Part shown: one piece after another, positions 27,421-37,033 of the stretch | Numbering within the stretch: the first letter of the stretch is position 1 | How the letters are laid out: the number at the start of each line of letters is the position of its first letter | From: a virus | Taxonomy: Duplodnaviria > Caudoviricetes | Strand: one strand, 5' to 3' | IMG/VR virus record: IMGVR_UViG_3300033463_000008 | Length of the DNA stretch: 64,000 nt | Program-made: the position numbers and the translations under genes | Notes under the pieces: model-generated | Database searches by the model: none | What the model was told of the DNA's origin: nothing | What the model saw: the letters and a program-made list of their open reading frames with translations, nothing else

Positions 27421-29847
27421 TCACACGGCGGTTACTTCCCCGATGTGGGAATAGGTACCGTCATATTCGACCATGATCTTATGGTCAAACTTGTCGGCAA
27501 CCACCTCTCCACGGTGAGTAATGACCACGACACACCCGATGTCATCGACCATCGAGCGGACAATGTCGAGCATTTCCCTCATGGCATAGTTGTCAGTCGA
27601 AATGTCAAGCACTTCGTCAAGACTCATGAAGTTGATGCTAAAATTGCCAACCAGGGACACGAAGTCACGGAAGGCCATCGCGATTGCGAATCCAACCTTG
27701 CGCTGCTGACCCTGTGACAGCATGGTGTACGACGGGGCGTATCCAGGGGCACTGATGAACTTGAAGTTCATAGTGTCATCGAACTCTATGACGAACGGGA
27801 GGTTCGCCTTGAGCAGGTTCTTGCGGACCACCTCGTTAAAGTGGTCAATGTACAGGCCATAAATCATCTTCTTCATGCCGCCATCGGAAAGCATTGTGGT
27901 GATGTAATTACATGCCGCGATGGTCTTGCTTGCACTATGCCAGCGTTCAGTCGCCTGTTCAAGGTCACGCTCGGCATCGGCGAGACGCTTGTTGGTCATG
28001 GCCAACGCATCTTCACTGGTAGCTTCCCTGATGCGCTTGATTTCGCCCTCGATACGGGCAATTTCCGCTTCCATCTGGGTAATGGAACCGCTGATAGAAG
28101 AATACTCGCCATTCTTGGCAGAGTAGGCATCGTATGCGGTCTGCCATTCGGTACGGACACCCGCGATACGTTCCTTTTCCCGCGTCAGGCGGGCTTCTTC
28201 GGCAACAAATTCATCGACATTTACACCGGCTCCGGCAATAACCTGTTCACAACAGGAAATGTTGCGTTCCAGCTGTTTAACCTTGGTCTCGGCAGGGACA
28301 ATCGTTCTATTGTAGATGGCGGTGAACCCCTGAACCTCGTTATAAACGACACTCCTGTTAGCGGTGAGCGTAGCCACCTGTTGTTCAACTGACACACGGC
28401 GCTCGTGCGCGGCAGGCAATTCCTCCGCAAACTTGGCAACTTCGGCAGCCGCCTCAGCCCGACTACGTTCAAGTTCAGTAACTTTTCCTTTACATTGAAC
28501 CCAGGCATCGCGGAGACGGTTGACATCGGCGGTGATGTCATTGATAAGTTTCTGACGGATTTCGCCCTTATGCTCCTCGATGTCGGCCTCGGTAAGGGTA
28601 TGTCCGCATGTGGGACACTTGGTGCCCGCCTGCATCATGGAACCGAGGTTAATCTGTTCATCGACATGGGCAAGATCCGCCTTGCGCTTCTTGCCGTCAT
28701 CGGCAAGTTGCTTCAACTGGGCAGAGGCCTGTTGGAGTGCATAGTCCCACTTATTGACTACACCTTCAGCCTTTGCCTTGTCGGCATTGATTTCACCAAT
28801 TTCGGTCATGATGACCTGGAGACCAAAATTCAGTTCGCCAATCTGCTTGTCAATTCCTGCCAGTTCATCATTCTTCGCCTGGATTGGCAAAGCATTGTAG
28901 GAATTCATCGCAGCAGCCAATTCGGAATTCGCCGTTTCGAGATCGGCACGGAACTGCTGCAACGGCACTATCTGGGACTTTGCATTATGAATGTCCGCGA
29001 TTGCCGAGTCAATACTGGACTCGGTATCCAGCACAGCCTTCATCTCGCCAAGTTTCTTCTGCAATGACTGAAGCTCGGCAGCAAGGACACCCGCCTGACC
29101 CTTATATTGGTCGACAGTGCTGCGCTTCTCGGCAACAGTCGCTTCCATCTGGGCAATGTTGGCTTTCTTCTCCTCTTCCATGTGGGCGATGATTTTCTTG
29201 AGATCGGTTATTTCGTTCTCAATGCGGTCGCGGTCATTCCCGGCAATGTCAAAATTAGTCTTCGCAGCGGACAATTCCTTCGCATTTTCTTTCTTTATGC
29301 GGTCATTGTCACACATGATAATGGAATCGGTAATCTTGCGACGGTCGGCAGCTTCCAGGTCGATAAACGGCTGTGATTCCTGGGTATTCTGTGCAATATT
29401 GTGCTTGAACAGCACTTCATTGAAACGGAGGATATCGTCTTCAAAGTCCTTCTGGGTAAACCCGGCACGCTTATTCTGCATGACCCACTTGTCGCCCTCT
29501 TTCTTTTCGACAGAGAACTTCATGTTGTTCTTCGGATCGACGGTACGCCTGATAAAGTATTCTTCGGTGACCGTACCCTGGGTTCGTGTAAATTCAATAG
29601 TGACTTCAAGCGTCGCTTCGGTGTTCATCGTGTTACGAAGTTCTTCACGCTTTCCACCACGGTAAGACTTGCCAAAAAATGCAAAGTTGAGCGCTTCGAC
29701 GAGAGTGGACTTGCCGGAACCGTTAGCCGCACAAAGCCAGTTGAGTCCGTTCGGGAACTTGAACTCGTTCACGTCGTTGCCATAGGACATGAAATTACGG
29801 AACGTAATCCGCTTTACATTGATATGATTCTTCGAAGAATTAGCCAT
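27421..29847 (-). CDS. gp46: Recombination ATPase subunit (T4 gp46 / Rad50 / SbcC)
   Basis: FRNFMSYG, Walker A NGSGKS, CPTC zinc hook, signature LSQGQ, Walker B LDE, ITH. Confidence 0.95.
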   Translation of the reverse strand: MANSSKNHINVKRITFRNFMSYGNDVNEFKFPNGLNWLCAANGSGKSTLVEALNFAFFGKSYRGGKREELRNTMNTEATLEVTIEFTRTQGTVTEEYFIRRTVDPKNNMKFSVEKKEGDKWVMQNKRAGFTQKDFEDDILRFNEVLFKHNIAQNTQESQPFIDLEAADRRKITDSIIMCDNDRIKKENAKELSAAKTNFDIAGNDRDRIENEITDLKKIIAHMEEEKKANIAQMEATVAEKRSTVDQYKGQAGVLAAELQSLQKKLGEMKAVLDTESSIDSAIADIHNAKSQIVPLQQFRADLETANSELAAAMNSYNALPIQAKNDELAGIDKQIGELNFGLQVIMTEIGEINADKAKAEGVVNKWDYALQQASAQLKQLADDGKKRKADLAHVDEQINLGSMMQAGTKCPTCGHTLTEADIEEHKGEIRQKLINDITADVNRLRDAWVQCKGKVTELERSRAEAAAEVAKFAEELPAAHERRVSVEQQVATLTANRSVVYNEVQGFTAIYNRTIVPAETKVKQLERNISCCEQVIAGAGVNVDEFVAEEARLTREKERIAGVRTEWQTAYDAYSAKNGEYSSISGSITQMEAEIARIEGEIKRIREATSEDALAMTNKRLADAERDLEQATERWHSASKTIAACNYITTMLSDGGMKKMIYGLYIDHFNEVVRKNLLKANLPFVIEFDDTMNFKFISAPGYAPSYTMLSQGQQRKVGFAIAMAFRDFVSLVGNFSINFMSLDEVLDISTDNYAMREMLDIVRSMVDDIGCVVVITHRGEVVADKFDHKIMVEYDGTYSHIGEVTAV

Positions 29848-29853
29848 GACCTA

Positions 29854-29882
29854 AATGTAGCAAAAAGGCCCGGTTGTGGCAA
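29854..29882 (-). promoter_or_regulatory. Sigma70-type promoter TTGCCA-17-TACATT, probably leaderless, inside a terminator hairpin
   Basis: -10 ends 6 nt before the gp46 ATG. GCCCGGTTG/CAACCGGGC stem followed by TTTTT. Confidence 0.75.
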
Positions 29883-29910
29883 CCGGGCACGAAAAATAGG
29901 GCAATTAGGA

Positions 29911-30051
29911 CTACTTGGTGGGAAGGTCCTTGGACTTGCCGATTGTTTCAAGAGAATCAACGGCAACCGAGAACCCGACCAAGAGCGCACCGATGAACAT
30001 GGAACAGATGACCATCGGGAGCATTGCGAAGAACTTCAAGGCGTTACGCAT
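29911..30051 (-). CDS. Small membrane protein (46 aa), absent from the ORF track
   Basis: MRNALKFFAMLPMVICSMFIGALLVGFSVAVDSLETIGKSKDLPTK. The start overlaps the upstream stop, a GGGGG RBS is present, and it fills the gap before the terminator. Confidence 0.6.
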   Translation of the reverse strand: MRNALKFFAMLPMVICSMFIGALLVGFSVAVDSLETIGKSKDLPTK

Positions 30052-31648
30052 TTTCAGTACCCCCTTCAGACGCATGCGCGATTACCGAATCTGCGGACGC
30101 ATTTTCGATAAGGTCGCTTTCAACATCCAGCTGAAAGTCTTCGGATTCGGTAGGCGGGACGAATTCGTTAATCACGACACCGCCATCGTCTTCGGTTCCT
30201 TCCTCGACAGCCTCGACCCCGACGAGTTTCGGCTTCTTCGGCTCGTCACCCTTCTTCTTAGGCTTGCCACCCTGCTTGACGCTCTTGCGGACACTGCGTT
30301 CCTTCTCGAAATTGTCAATTACTTCCTTTTCGAGTTCGGTAAGCTTATGGGTTTCGACACTTTCATTAAACGCGGACGCAAGTTCCTCTACGCTTTCAGG
30401 CTCGCCGACTTCAAGCTTGAGACCCGGGTCGGCAGCAGTTTCTGCTTCTTCGGTCGCATTTTCACGCGGAATGTCAAGAACCGGCAACGCCTTCACCATG
30501 CGCGTATATGCGGTATGCTTGATGAGCATCGTCTTGCAGATTTCTTCTTCGGTCTTTCCTTCATCAAGAAGCTCCTGCAACCACTTGTAGGAAGTGTCGG
30601 ATGCAATAATCGCTTCGCGCTCCTTGTTGAACACGCGCTCAAGTGCTTCGACATCAATATCCTGATACTTTGCATGGAGTTCGTCGCGGATGTCTTCAAA
30701 ATACTTGCCGGCCAGAATCATCTTGCAGATGCGGGCCTTGGAAACCGGGAGTTCGCGTTCGGCAAGTTCTTCCTTGGAAATCTCGCTCGTAGTGCCATTG
30801 GAATTTTCCACGACGGCAGGCGGTTCAGGAATGATATCCTTGGCAAAAAGGTTCTCCGTATCCGGGTTCACCGGGACGCGCATGAGGAGGCTGCGGGCTT
30901 CCTGCATGGACATGTCCTGGATGTCAAAACCCTTCGGGACGGCATTGTCGGCAAAGCTCATTTCAAAACCGCTCTTGGGACAGAAGCGGTAGATGCGGGC
31001 GCGATAGCGCATCGGGAAGAATTCCTTGGAGTGGATATAATGACCAAGTTCTTCCGGAAGGAGACGGTTGCCGTTGGCATCCATCCAGCGCGACGGATTC
31101 TTCGGAGTGAGCTTGTCGGCAAGCGGCATGTCCGGGCTGGTAATCTTGAAGAAGGTAGCGCCGGTATTCGGGCACACCTCAAGTGGCGGGACATAACCTT
31201 CCGGTTCGCGACGGATGTGGGTGAAGCAGTCAATCTGCGTGCCCACGCGGCTCTTCATCGGTTCCTTGGAGGAAATGTACTTGGTGTAGAGGGTGCATGC
31301 AGTTGCGCCACGGCGGTCACATTCGCCAAACACGAAATCCTTGATGTTTCGGTAAAGCTTCGGATCGATCCAGATGAATTCATCGTCAGAAAGGCAGATT
31401 GCCCAGGACTGCTGCTTGCGGCGGGCAACGAACTTCTGGATAATGGTAGACTGGTGGGACCAGTCTTCTTCACCCGGCACGATGACCACATTCTTGTCGG
31501 CGCGGCGTTCACACACTGAATTAAGCCAGGTATGGTTGCCGTTGTTGAACACGAAGATGGTATCGAACCCGAGCGCGATATGGTAGTCGAGCCATTCGGC
31601 GAAATCAAGCTCGTTACCGTTGACCTGTACAAGACAGTGGATGTTCAT
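30044..31648 (-). CDS. GT2_4 / GT92-like glycosyltransferase domain fused to an acidic C-terminal region
   Basis: E...FAEWLDYHIALGFDTIFVFNNG, Q, WAICLSDDEFIW (D.DEF motif). Confidence 0.75.
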   Translation of the reverse strand: MNIHCLVQVNGNELDFAEWLDYHIALGFDTIFVFNNGNHTWLNSVCERRADKNVVIVPGEEDWSHQSTIIQKFVARRKQQSWAICLSDDEFIWIDPKLYRNIKDFVFGECDRRGATACTLYTKYISSKEPMKSRVGTQIDCFTHIRREPEGYVPPLEVCPNTGATFFKITSPDMPLADKLTPKNPSRWMDANGNRLLPEELGHYIHSKEFFPMRYRARIYRFCPKSGFEMSFADNAVPKGFDIQDMSMQEARSLLMRVPVNPDTENLFAKDIIPEPPAVVENSNGTTSEISKEELAERELPVSKARICKMILAGKYFEDIRDELHAKYQDIDVEALERVFNKEREAIIASDTSYKWLQELLDEGKTEEEICKTMLIKHTAYTRMVKALPVLDIPRENATEEAETAADPGLKLEVGEPESVEELASAFNESVETHKLTELEKEVIDNFEKERSVRKSVKQGGKPKKKGDEPKKPKLVGVEAVEEGTEDDGGVVINEFVPPTESEDFQLDVESDLIENASADSVIAHASEGGTENA

Positions 31649-31702
31649 AAAGAAAACCTCGTAATTATCTACGTGGTTAAACTATATCGGTTTGCTTGTT
31701 CC

Positions 31703-32542
31703 TTAGTTCAATCCAAGTTTTTCACAAAGGAAGTTATACAGCTTGACTGCACGCGGCTGTCTCTCCGGATCCAGCGCAGTTTCGGTCGAGCAAGTCGGGT
31801 GGTCACAGAAGATACCGGTCACTGTATAGGTGGCGCCGTCCTTGAATACCCTCGTGTCGATTTCCATGCAGCGCCTGCCATACTTCCGTGCAGGTCCGAT
31901 TGCAATCACCGCCTCAAAGTATTCCGCCCCGCGCCTATATACGATACGGACATTGTCGGAAACGTTGATGTTGCTTTCAAGCGCGAAATCGTTACCCGGC
32001 TGTGTGAATCCCAAGAGCACGTATTCGGGAATGTCAAACTCTTCAATCTTCGCCGTTGGAAGCGGAAGGACAAACCTGGACTCCGGAATCACGGGAGCCT
32101 CGGATGTAACCTGCCCCGGTACGGTCTCTTCATGGTTGATTTTCTGGACCGTATCATTCATTCTAGCGGCTATCCGCTGAGTTTCACCTAGTCCAGAGAC
32201 TTTATCACTGAGGAGATCATTTATTCTTCCTTCTCCACTGCCGGAGAATTCAAGCTGCATGACACCCTGGTCAACAGAATCCTTGAGCTCCTTGTTCCAG
32301 TTCTTGCTAGCCAATGCGGCATTTATCTGTTCAAGAAATTTTTGCTTTTCAGCTTCGTTTTTGAATGTAAGCCATTCCGGCAAATCGGAAAGCCTGACGC
32401 TGCGGTCCATGGGCACCCTGTCGAGTGCCTTACGCCAATTCTTCGGCGTGCCGTCCTTGTTGAATTCAAGCTTGGGGAAACCAGCCTTCTTGGCAGATTT
32501 CTTGATGGCTGCCTTAATCTGTTTTACTGTTTTCTTGGCCAT
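31703..32542 (-). CDS. Hypothetical protein with a Lys-rich N-terminus
   Basis: ORF with a GAGG RBS before MAKK. Confidence 0.7.
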   Translation of the reverse strand: MAKKTVKQIKAAIKKSAKKAGFPKLEFNKDGTPKNWRKALDRVPMDRSVRLSDLPEWLTFKNEAEKQKFLEQINAALASKNWNKELKDSVDQGVMQLEFSGSGEGRINDLLSDKVSGLGETQRIAARMNDTVQKINHEETVPGQVTSEAPVIPESRFVLPLPTAKIEEFDIPEYVLLGFTQPGNDFALESNINVSDNVRIVYRRGAEYFEAVIAIGPARKYGRRCMEIDTRVFKDGATYTVTGIFCDHPTCSTETALDPERQPRAVKLYNFLCEKLGLN

Positions 32543-32553
32543 AAAGCCTCTCC

Positions 32554-33972
32554 TCATAAAAAGCTTCCAAAGTCATCAATGCCGGCGGTGTCGGCATAGG
32601 TAAATCCCTGCATGGCGGGCTTGGTCACGGTCTGCGCGCCACCCGGAGGAATCGGCAGGAACGTCCTGTCGTCAAAACTTGAAGGCTGGATAGCGGGCAA
32701 CGCGACTGGCGCCTTCTTCTTTGCCATTTCCTCGGTAATCATGGAACGGTAGCCATAGGAGCGCATGCTCTGCATGAGGTCCTTGTAGTACGGCTCGACA
32801 TCCCAGAAATCAAGCAACTCGAAACCGCAAAGCTCCGGTTCCGGCTGATTGAGCAAGTCGTTCAGGCGGGTGACCACTTCCGGCGGTGTGCAGGAAAGGT
32901 CAATCAGCTTACGGTTGCGCATGTACTGGTCACCCCAACCGTTGTTCTTCGCCACATCATATACATTCGGGAACGTCTGGATAAATGTGGCGGCAGTGCC
33001 CTTGCCGAAACGGTTCTTTACTGTAAAATCCAGTTTACCTGTCTTCGGCTTGATGAACGACATGCCGTGAATGTTATCGGAATCGTCGCCGGCAAGTACC
33101 TTGATGTCGAGGTACTTTACCGGATCGTCCACGGTCATGAAGTTGCAACTGATGTGGTCAAATACCTTCACCTTCGGGAAGTTCAACTGCAGCAAGTCGG
33201 AGTCATGCGTCACGACAATCACATCGTCAGACTTTCCACTGAACAGCTTAGCTGCCGCATATACGACATCGTCACCTTCGGCGTCTTCGCATGCAATTGC
33301 ACGGGCACGGAAAAGCGGTGCGAGTTCCCTCGCAAACTGTTCCTTGTACTTTCGCCAAATCTTGCGGTCGACGGTAAACGGCCAGTCATTGCTGTTTCTG
33401 GTACCCTTGTATGACGGAAGAATCGGATTCTTCCCGTTCGGCGCATAGATATTCCAGAACATCTCCTGCTTTTCAGGCGGAAATTCACCCAGCTGCTTAT
33501 GCTTCAACTCATCGAGCTTGGGAAAATCGGCAATAGGAATCGGGATGACGACAAACTTTCCATCCTGGGCCTTGCGGACTTCATAGCCGAGATTGTCTGC
33601 GCGGACGAAGTACGCCTTGTTATCAGGTTCGTTTATGTAGTACACCGTGGCATGTTCGGCATAGTAGTCCTTGACAAACTGCTTGCGCCATGAGCCCGGA
33701 CCTTCAAGGGCGAGCACGATATGCATCGGGTCAAAAAGGGCGATGAGCTTCATCACCTCATCGATCATGAAAGAACGCCAAAGCTTAATTTCACCCTCTG
33801 CACCGATGAACCCGTACTTTTCCCGGTTCTTGGCGGTATTTATCGAAAACATCTTGTGATAGGACATCGACGCCCAGTCCAGGACCAGGCAACGGTTGTT
33901 CACCGACCTATACGACTTCAGGGGAGGCAATTCAAACGCAGGTGCTTTGGGTTTCTTCTTATTTCCGGCCAT
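32554..33972 (-). CDS. rnh: RNase H / 5'-3' flap exonuclease (T4 Rnh-like)
   Basis: LVLDW, SWRK, YKGTR, EGDD, HDSDLLQL, LAGDDSDNI, N.KLIDL. Confidence 0.92.
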   Translation of the reverse strand: MAGNKKKPKAPAFELPPLKSYRSVNNRCLVLDWASMSYHKMFSINTAKNREKYGFIGAEGEIKLWRSFMIDEVMKLIALFDPMHIVLALEGPGSWRKQFVKDYYAEHATVYYINEPDNKAYFVRADNLGYEVRKAQDGKFVVIPIPIADFPKLDELKHKQLGEFPPEKQEMFWNIYAPNGKNPILPSYKGTRNSNDWPFTVDRKIWRKYKEQFARELAPLFRARAIACEDAEGDDVVYAAAKLFSGKSDDVIVVTHDSDLLQLNFPKVKVFDHISCNFMTVDDPVKYLDIKVLAGDDSDNIHGMSFIKPKTGKLDFTVKNRFGKGTAATFIQTFPNVYDVAKNNGWGDQYMRNRKLIDLSCTPPEVVTRLNDLLNQPEPELCGFELLDFWDVEPYYKDLMQSMRSYGYRSMITEEMAKKKAPVALPAIQPSSFDDRTFLPIPPGGAQTVTKPAMQGFTYADTAGIDDFGSFL

Positions 33973-34052
33973 CGATATATTCCAATTCCAATATGGTAAA
34001 TGTAGCAAGTGTTGGCAAACTTTGACGACTACTTGGCAAATTTTTCATGCAT

Positions 34053-34125
34053 TTGTCAATCTATCAACAATTTCAACGACTTATCAACATTCTATCAACA
34101 TAATATCAACAAAATCTAAATCAAC
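34053..34125. repeat. Phased TCAAC / ATCAAC short-repeat array
   Basis: TCAAC at 34064, 34073, 34084, 34095, 34106 and 34121; four copies sit at an exact 11-bp period in an AT-rich intergenic region. Confidence 0.8.
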
Positions 34126-35993
34126 GAGAACTTCGGCTTGTATGGAAGGTTCAGTTCCGTCTGGTCCTTCTTCTGCTTCTGCAACCTCTCGGCGGCACGG
34201 TCGGCAGCTTCCTTGCGATGTTTCTTGATATCCTCCGGGGTAAGCTGTGCCTCGTAGATGCCGTCCATGTGCTGTTCCTCTATCGGGATGTTCTCGGCAT
34301 CATAGTACGTCATGCGGTATCTGGAATGGACAAGCATGTAGTTGAACATCTGCTCCATGGTTCCATCCCTCTTGCGCTGCCAGCAGTTAGCATCGTCCAC
34401 AAGGTCATACACGTTGGCGACAGTCTTGTTCGGGTGCTTTCTCACCACACGGCCAATCGACTGCATCACCTTGTACATCGACTTTGCCGGTTCGGCAAGG
34501 ACGAGGTTGTTGAGCTGCTTGATGTTCACGCCCTGCTTCATGCACCCGTAGGTGGCAATGAGGATATTTCCGACACTCCCTTCCAGTTCCTTTCGGATCG
34601 ACTCGCGTTCGGATGCGCTGACTTCACCCTCGATGATGTGGTAGGTGTACTGCGGATACTTCTCTTTCAGGAAGTCATAAAGGTCGTGCAGGCGTTCAAT
34701 TCCGTCATACAGGATGACCGAATTCTGGTCGGCGCCAAGATGCCCCGCGTCGATGAGCATGGCAATCACGTCCTTGCGGGAACTGTTCCCGAGGACGATT
34801 GCCCGTTCCATCTGATATTTGGCATAGCAGATGCCATACCTCGTGTTCTGTGGATACGGGATGTAAATCATGTGCATCTGGACCGGGGTCAGCGTACCGT
34901 TGGCAATCAGGTCACGCAGGTGCACCACGTCATAAATCGGGCCCAACTGGGATTCGATGTTGCATGCGTCAATGAACTCGGCGCTGTCGGTAACATCCCT
35001 GGGCGCCAGGCTGAGGCCAATCTCCCCGTTCCTTCCCCTGTTCTCCTGGGTCGGCTTGATCAGTGGAAGCGTCCCGGAAACGCCGACCTTGAAGTTGTTG
35101 GCGTTCACGCAAAGTTCAAGTATGCCGCGCAGGACAACGCCGCGCATGCCGTGCGCCTCGTCGACGAGTACTGCATCAAAGACCTTGAAAAAGTCCGGGT
35201 GCTTATGCTGGAGCGTCTGCCACGTCGAAATTGTAATCTGCTTCAGGAGCTTTTCTTCACCAATCGACTGCTTCTGCAACTCTTCCAGCTTCTTCTTGGA
35301 AATCCTGTCGGAAGATTCGCCATGCAGCAGGGTGCAGTAGTCCCTTGCCTCATCCCATCCGTAGTCGGTGTAGAAGTTGTCATACAGCTGTTCCACCAGA
35401 CTCTTGCTCGGCACGATTATGAGGATTTTCCTGTTTTCCTTCTCCATCAGGTACCGGGCGATAATCATCATCGACACCGACTTCCCTGCCGAGGTGCATG
35501 CAAACAGAAGGCCCCTGCGCCGGTTTAGCGCAATCTCGACAAGGCGGTACTGGTGTTCATAGGGGACCAGCGATTTTCCGCTTTCGCGGTCATGGATGTT
35601 GAGAGTCTTGGTAAACTCCTCGATATCCTCCCGCGTCACCGTGCCGAATGGTGGGGAGAACATTTTCCTGATATCCTTGGAAATCGTCACGGCGACACGG
35701 TCGCCATACTGCATCTTCAGGTAATCGCGTGCCCTCGGGATCATCCCGGTCGGAATCCACCCCTTGGACTTGTCATAGAAATACTCGTTGCAGTCAAACC
35801 CGCGGATATGGTGCTTGGCTTCCCATGAATACTTCTTCGCCTTGTTGTAGAACGTAAAGGCGGACTGCATGAACATGTGGACTGTCTTCGGGTTGAAATT
35901 CGGGTTTACCGGATATGCCCTGACAGCGGTGTGCGACGAGTCGCCCACCGAGAACTGCACAACAAAATCGTATTTCTTTTCGGTTTCCGCCAT
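34116..35993 (-). CDS. uvsW: UvsW-like SF2 DNA helicase
   Basis: PYEHQ, TSAGKS, ISTWQ, DEAH, SGT, ATYG..QGVNI, QSIGR..R, YDLVD. Confidence 0.93.
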   Translation of the reverse strand: MAETEKKYDFVVQFSVGDSSHTAVRAYPVNPNFNPKTVHMFMQSAFTFYNKAKKYSWEAKHHIRGFDCNEYFYDKSKGWIPTGMIPRARDYLKMQYGDRVAVTISKDIRKMFSPPFGTVTREDIEEFTKTLNIHDRESGKSLVPYEHQYRLVEIALNRRRGLLFACTSAGKSVSMMIIARYLMEKENRKILIIVPSKSLVEQLYDNFYTDYGWDEARDYCTLLHGESSDRISKKKLEELQKQSIGEEKLLKQITISTWQTLQHKHPDFFKVFDAVLVDEAHGMRGVVLRGILELCVNANNFKVGVSGTLPLIKPTQENRGRNGEIGLSLAPRDVTDSAEFIDACNIESQLGPIYDVVHLRDLIANGTLTPVQMHMIYIPYPQNTRYGICYAKYQMERAIVLGNSSRKDVIAMLIDAGHLGADQNSVILYDGIERLHDLYDFLKEKYPQYTYHIIEGEVSASERESIRKELEGSVGNILIATYGCMKQGVNIKQLNNLVLAEPAKSMYKVMQSIGRVVRKHPNKTVANVYDLVDDANCWQRKRDGTMEQMFNYMLVHSRYRMTYYDAENIPIEEQHMDGIYEAQLTPEDIKKHRKEAADRAAERLQKQKKDQTELNLPYKPKFSLI

Positions 35994-35996
35994 TGG

Positions 35997-36464
35997 CTAC
36001 ACCTTGTACCTGTGTCCCTTCGGTTCATCGCTTCGGATGGCATCTCTGCTGACTGCGTCAGTGGAAGCTATCCACATGGCGGTTATTTTACCCGGAGTGT
36101 CCGTCACGAACCAGACAATCACCCTGTATTCGAAGCCTGGCCGTATGTACCCGTCGGTCGATGAAAGGATCCATGACCAGTCGCCCTTCCGCTTGTCGTT
36201 CGGTATTTCGCCTTCGGCCTCAATTTCGGCCTTGACAGCCGACATGACCTTCCCGGCGACATACATCGGGTCCAGACCTTCCACGACATCCGGAAGGTCA
36301 CCTACCATTTCGGCATTGAACGACACCGATTCCCGATGAAATACCGGGAAAAGCTCGATGGTCATCGTCGGCCTTTTCATGCCGGCGTGCCAGTCCGTAG
36401 GGGAATATACGACGACCCGGAACTTCCGGTCCTTGGCAGATATGCTGATACTTCCTTCGCTCAT
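35997..36464 (-). CDS. Hypothetical protein (start reassigned to MSEGS)
   Basis: ATG lies 7 nt after the -10 of a consensus promoter. Confidence 0.65.
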   Translation of the reverse strand: MSEGSISISAKDRKFRVVVYSPTDWHAGMKRPTMTIELFPVFHRESVSFNAEMVGDLPDVVEGLDPMYVAGKVMSAVKAEIEAEGEIPNDKRKGDWSWILSSTDGYIRPGFEYRVIVWFVTDTPGKITAMWIASTDAVSRDAIRSDEPKGHRYKV

Positions 36465-36471
36465 GCCCTGA

Positions 36472-36500
36472 AATGTAACAAATTTGCTACCGGATGTCAA
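36472..36500 (-). promoter_or_regulatory. Sigma70-type promoter TTGACA-17-TACATT
   Basis: Consensus -35, 17-bp spacer and TG-extended -10. Confidence 0.8.
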
Positions 36501-36524
36501 TAACGGGCATGATTTTTCCACCAG

Positions 36525-36755
36525 GAATCGTAAACATCTTTATGGGAAGTGAGTGACTTTGCCGCAGGCCTGAATCCAGAAACCTTGCCTCCCCGGGCGG
36601 CCATGTACCTGTAGAACAAGCCCGCTTTGCCTGGAACTTACGATTCGCTTACATGGCCCGTCCATGGCAAGCCACGTCCGGTGCCTCCGAATCGTAAACA
36701 TCTTTATGGGAGGGAAGTTACTTTGGCGTGAGCCCACAATCCAGACCCTCCCCGG
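36525..36755. repeat. Two ~70-bp imperfect direct repeats (164-bp period) with internal inverted elements
   Basis: GAATCGTAAACATCTTTATGGGA is identical at 36525 and 36689, each followed by ACTTTG, AATCCAGA and CCTCCCCGG. Inverted TTACGATTC at 36638. Confidence 0.85.
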
Positions 36756-37033
36756 AACGTTGTATCTACAGTATTATGTAAACTTAAATAATTTTTTACA
36801 ATGTATATCAGTGGCAACCTCTTGCTAAAGTCGAAAGCTTTTCGTAACTTTTCCGCTTGAGCCTGAGCTGGTGTAGTTCAACTGCACCCGGATATAAGCT
36901 ACGGGCAAACAAAAAATCGGTCTTCGCTGGACCCACGCATCAAGAATTTTTACATTAAGTGCCCCCCGCTGTCTTCTGTCCAGCGATTCATTATAGAGGA
37001 AGACATGGGGGCACTATCCGTTCAGTAGGTGTC

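Noticed and set aside
29915-31519. 534-aa plus-strand ORF, and similar long antisense ORFs at 13702-15045, 34218-35528, 37511-38608 and 39149-40303
   Set aside because: Shadow frames opposite well-supported genes; no motifs or expression signals.
36525-36755. CRISPR mini-array
   Set aside because: Only two long imperfect repeats with about 90 bp between them, similarity extending beyond the core, and no cas genes in the window.
36850-36940. tRNA gene
   Set aside because: The GGTGTAGTTCAACTGCACC hairpin is superficially tRNA-like, but no cloverleaf with a T-arm and acceptor stem could be built.
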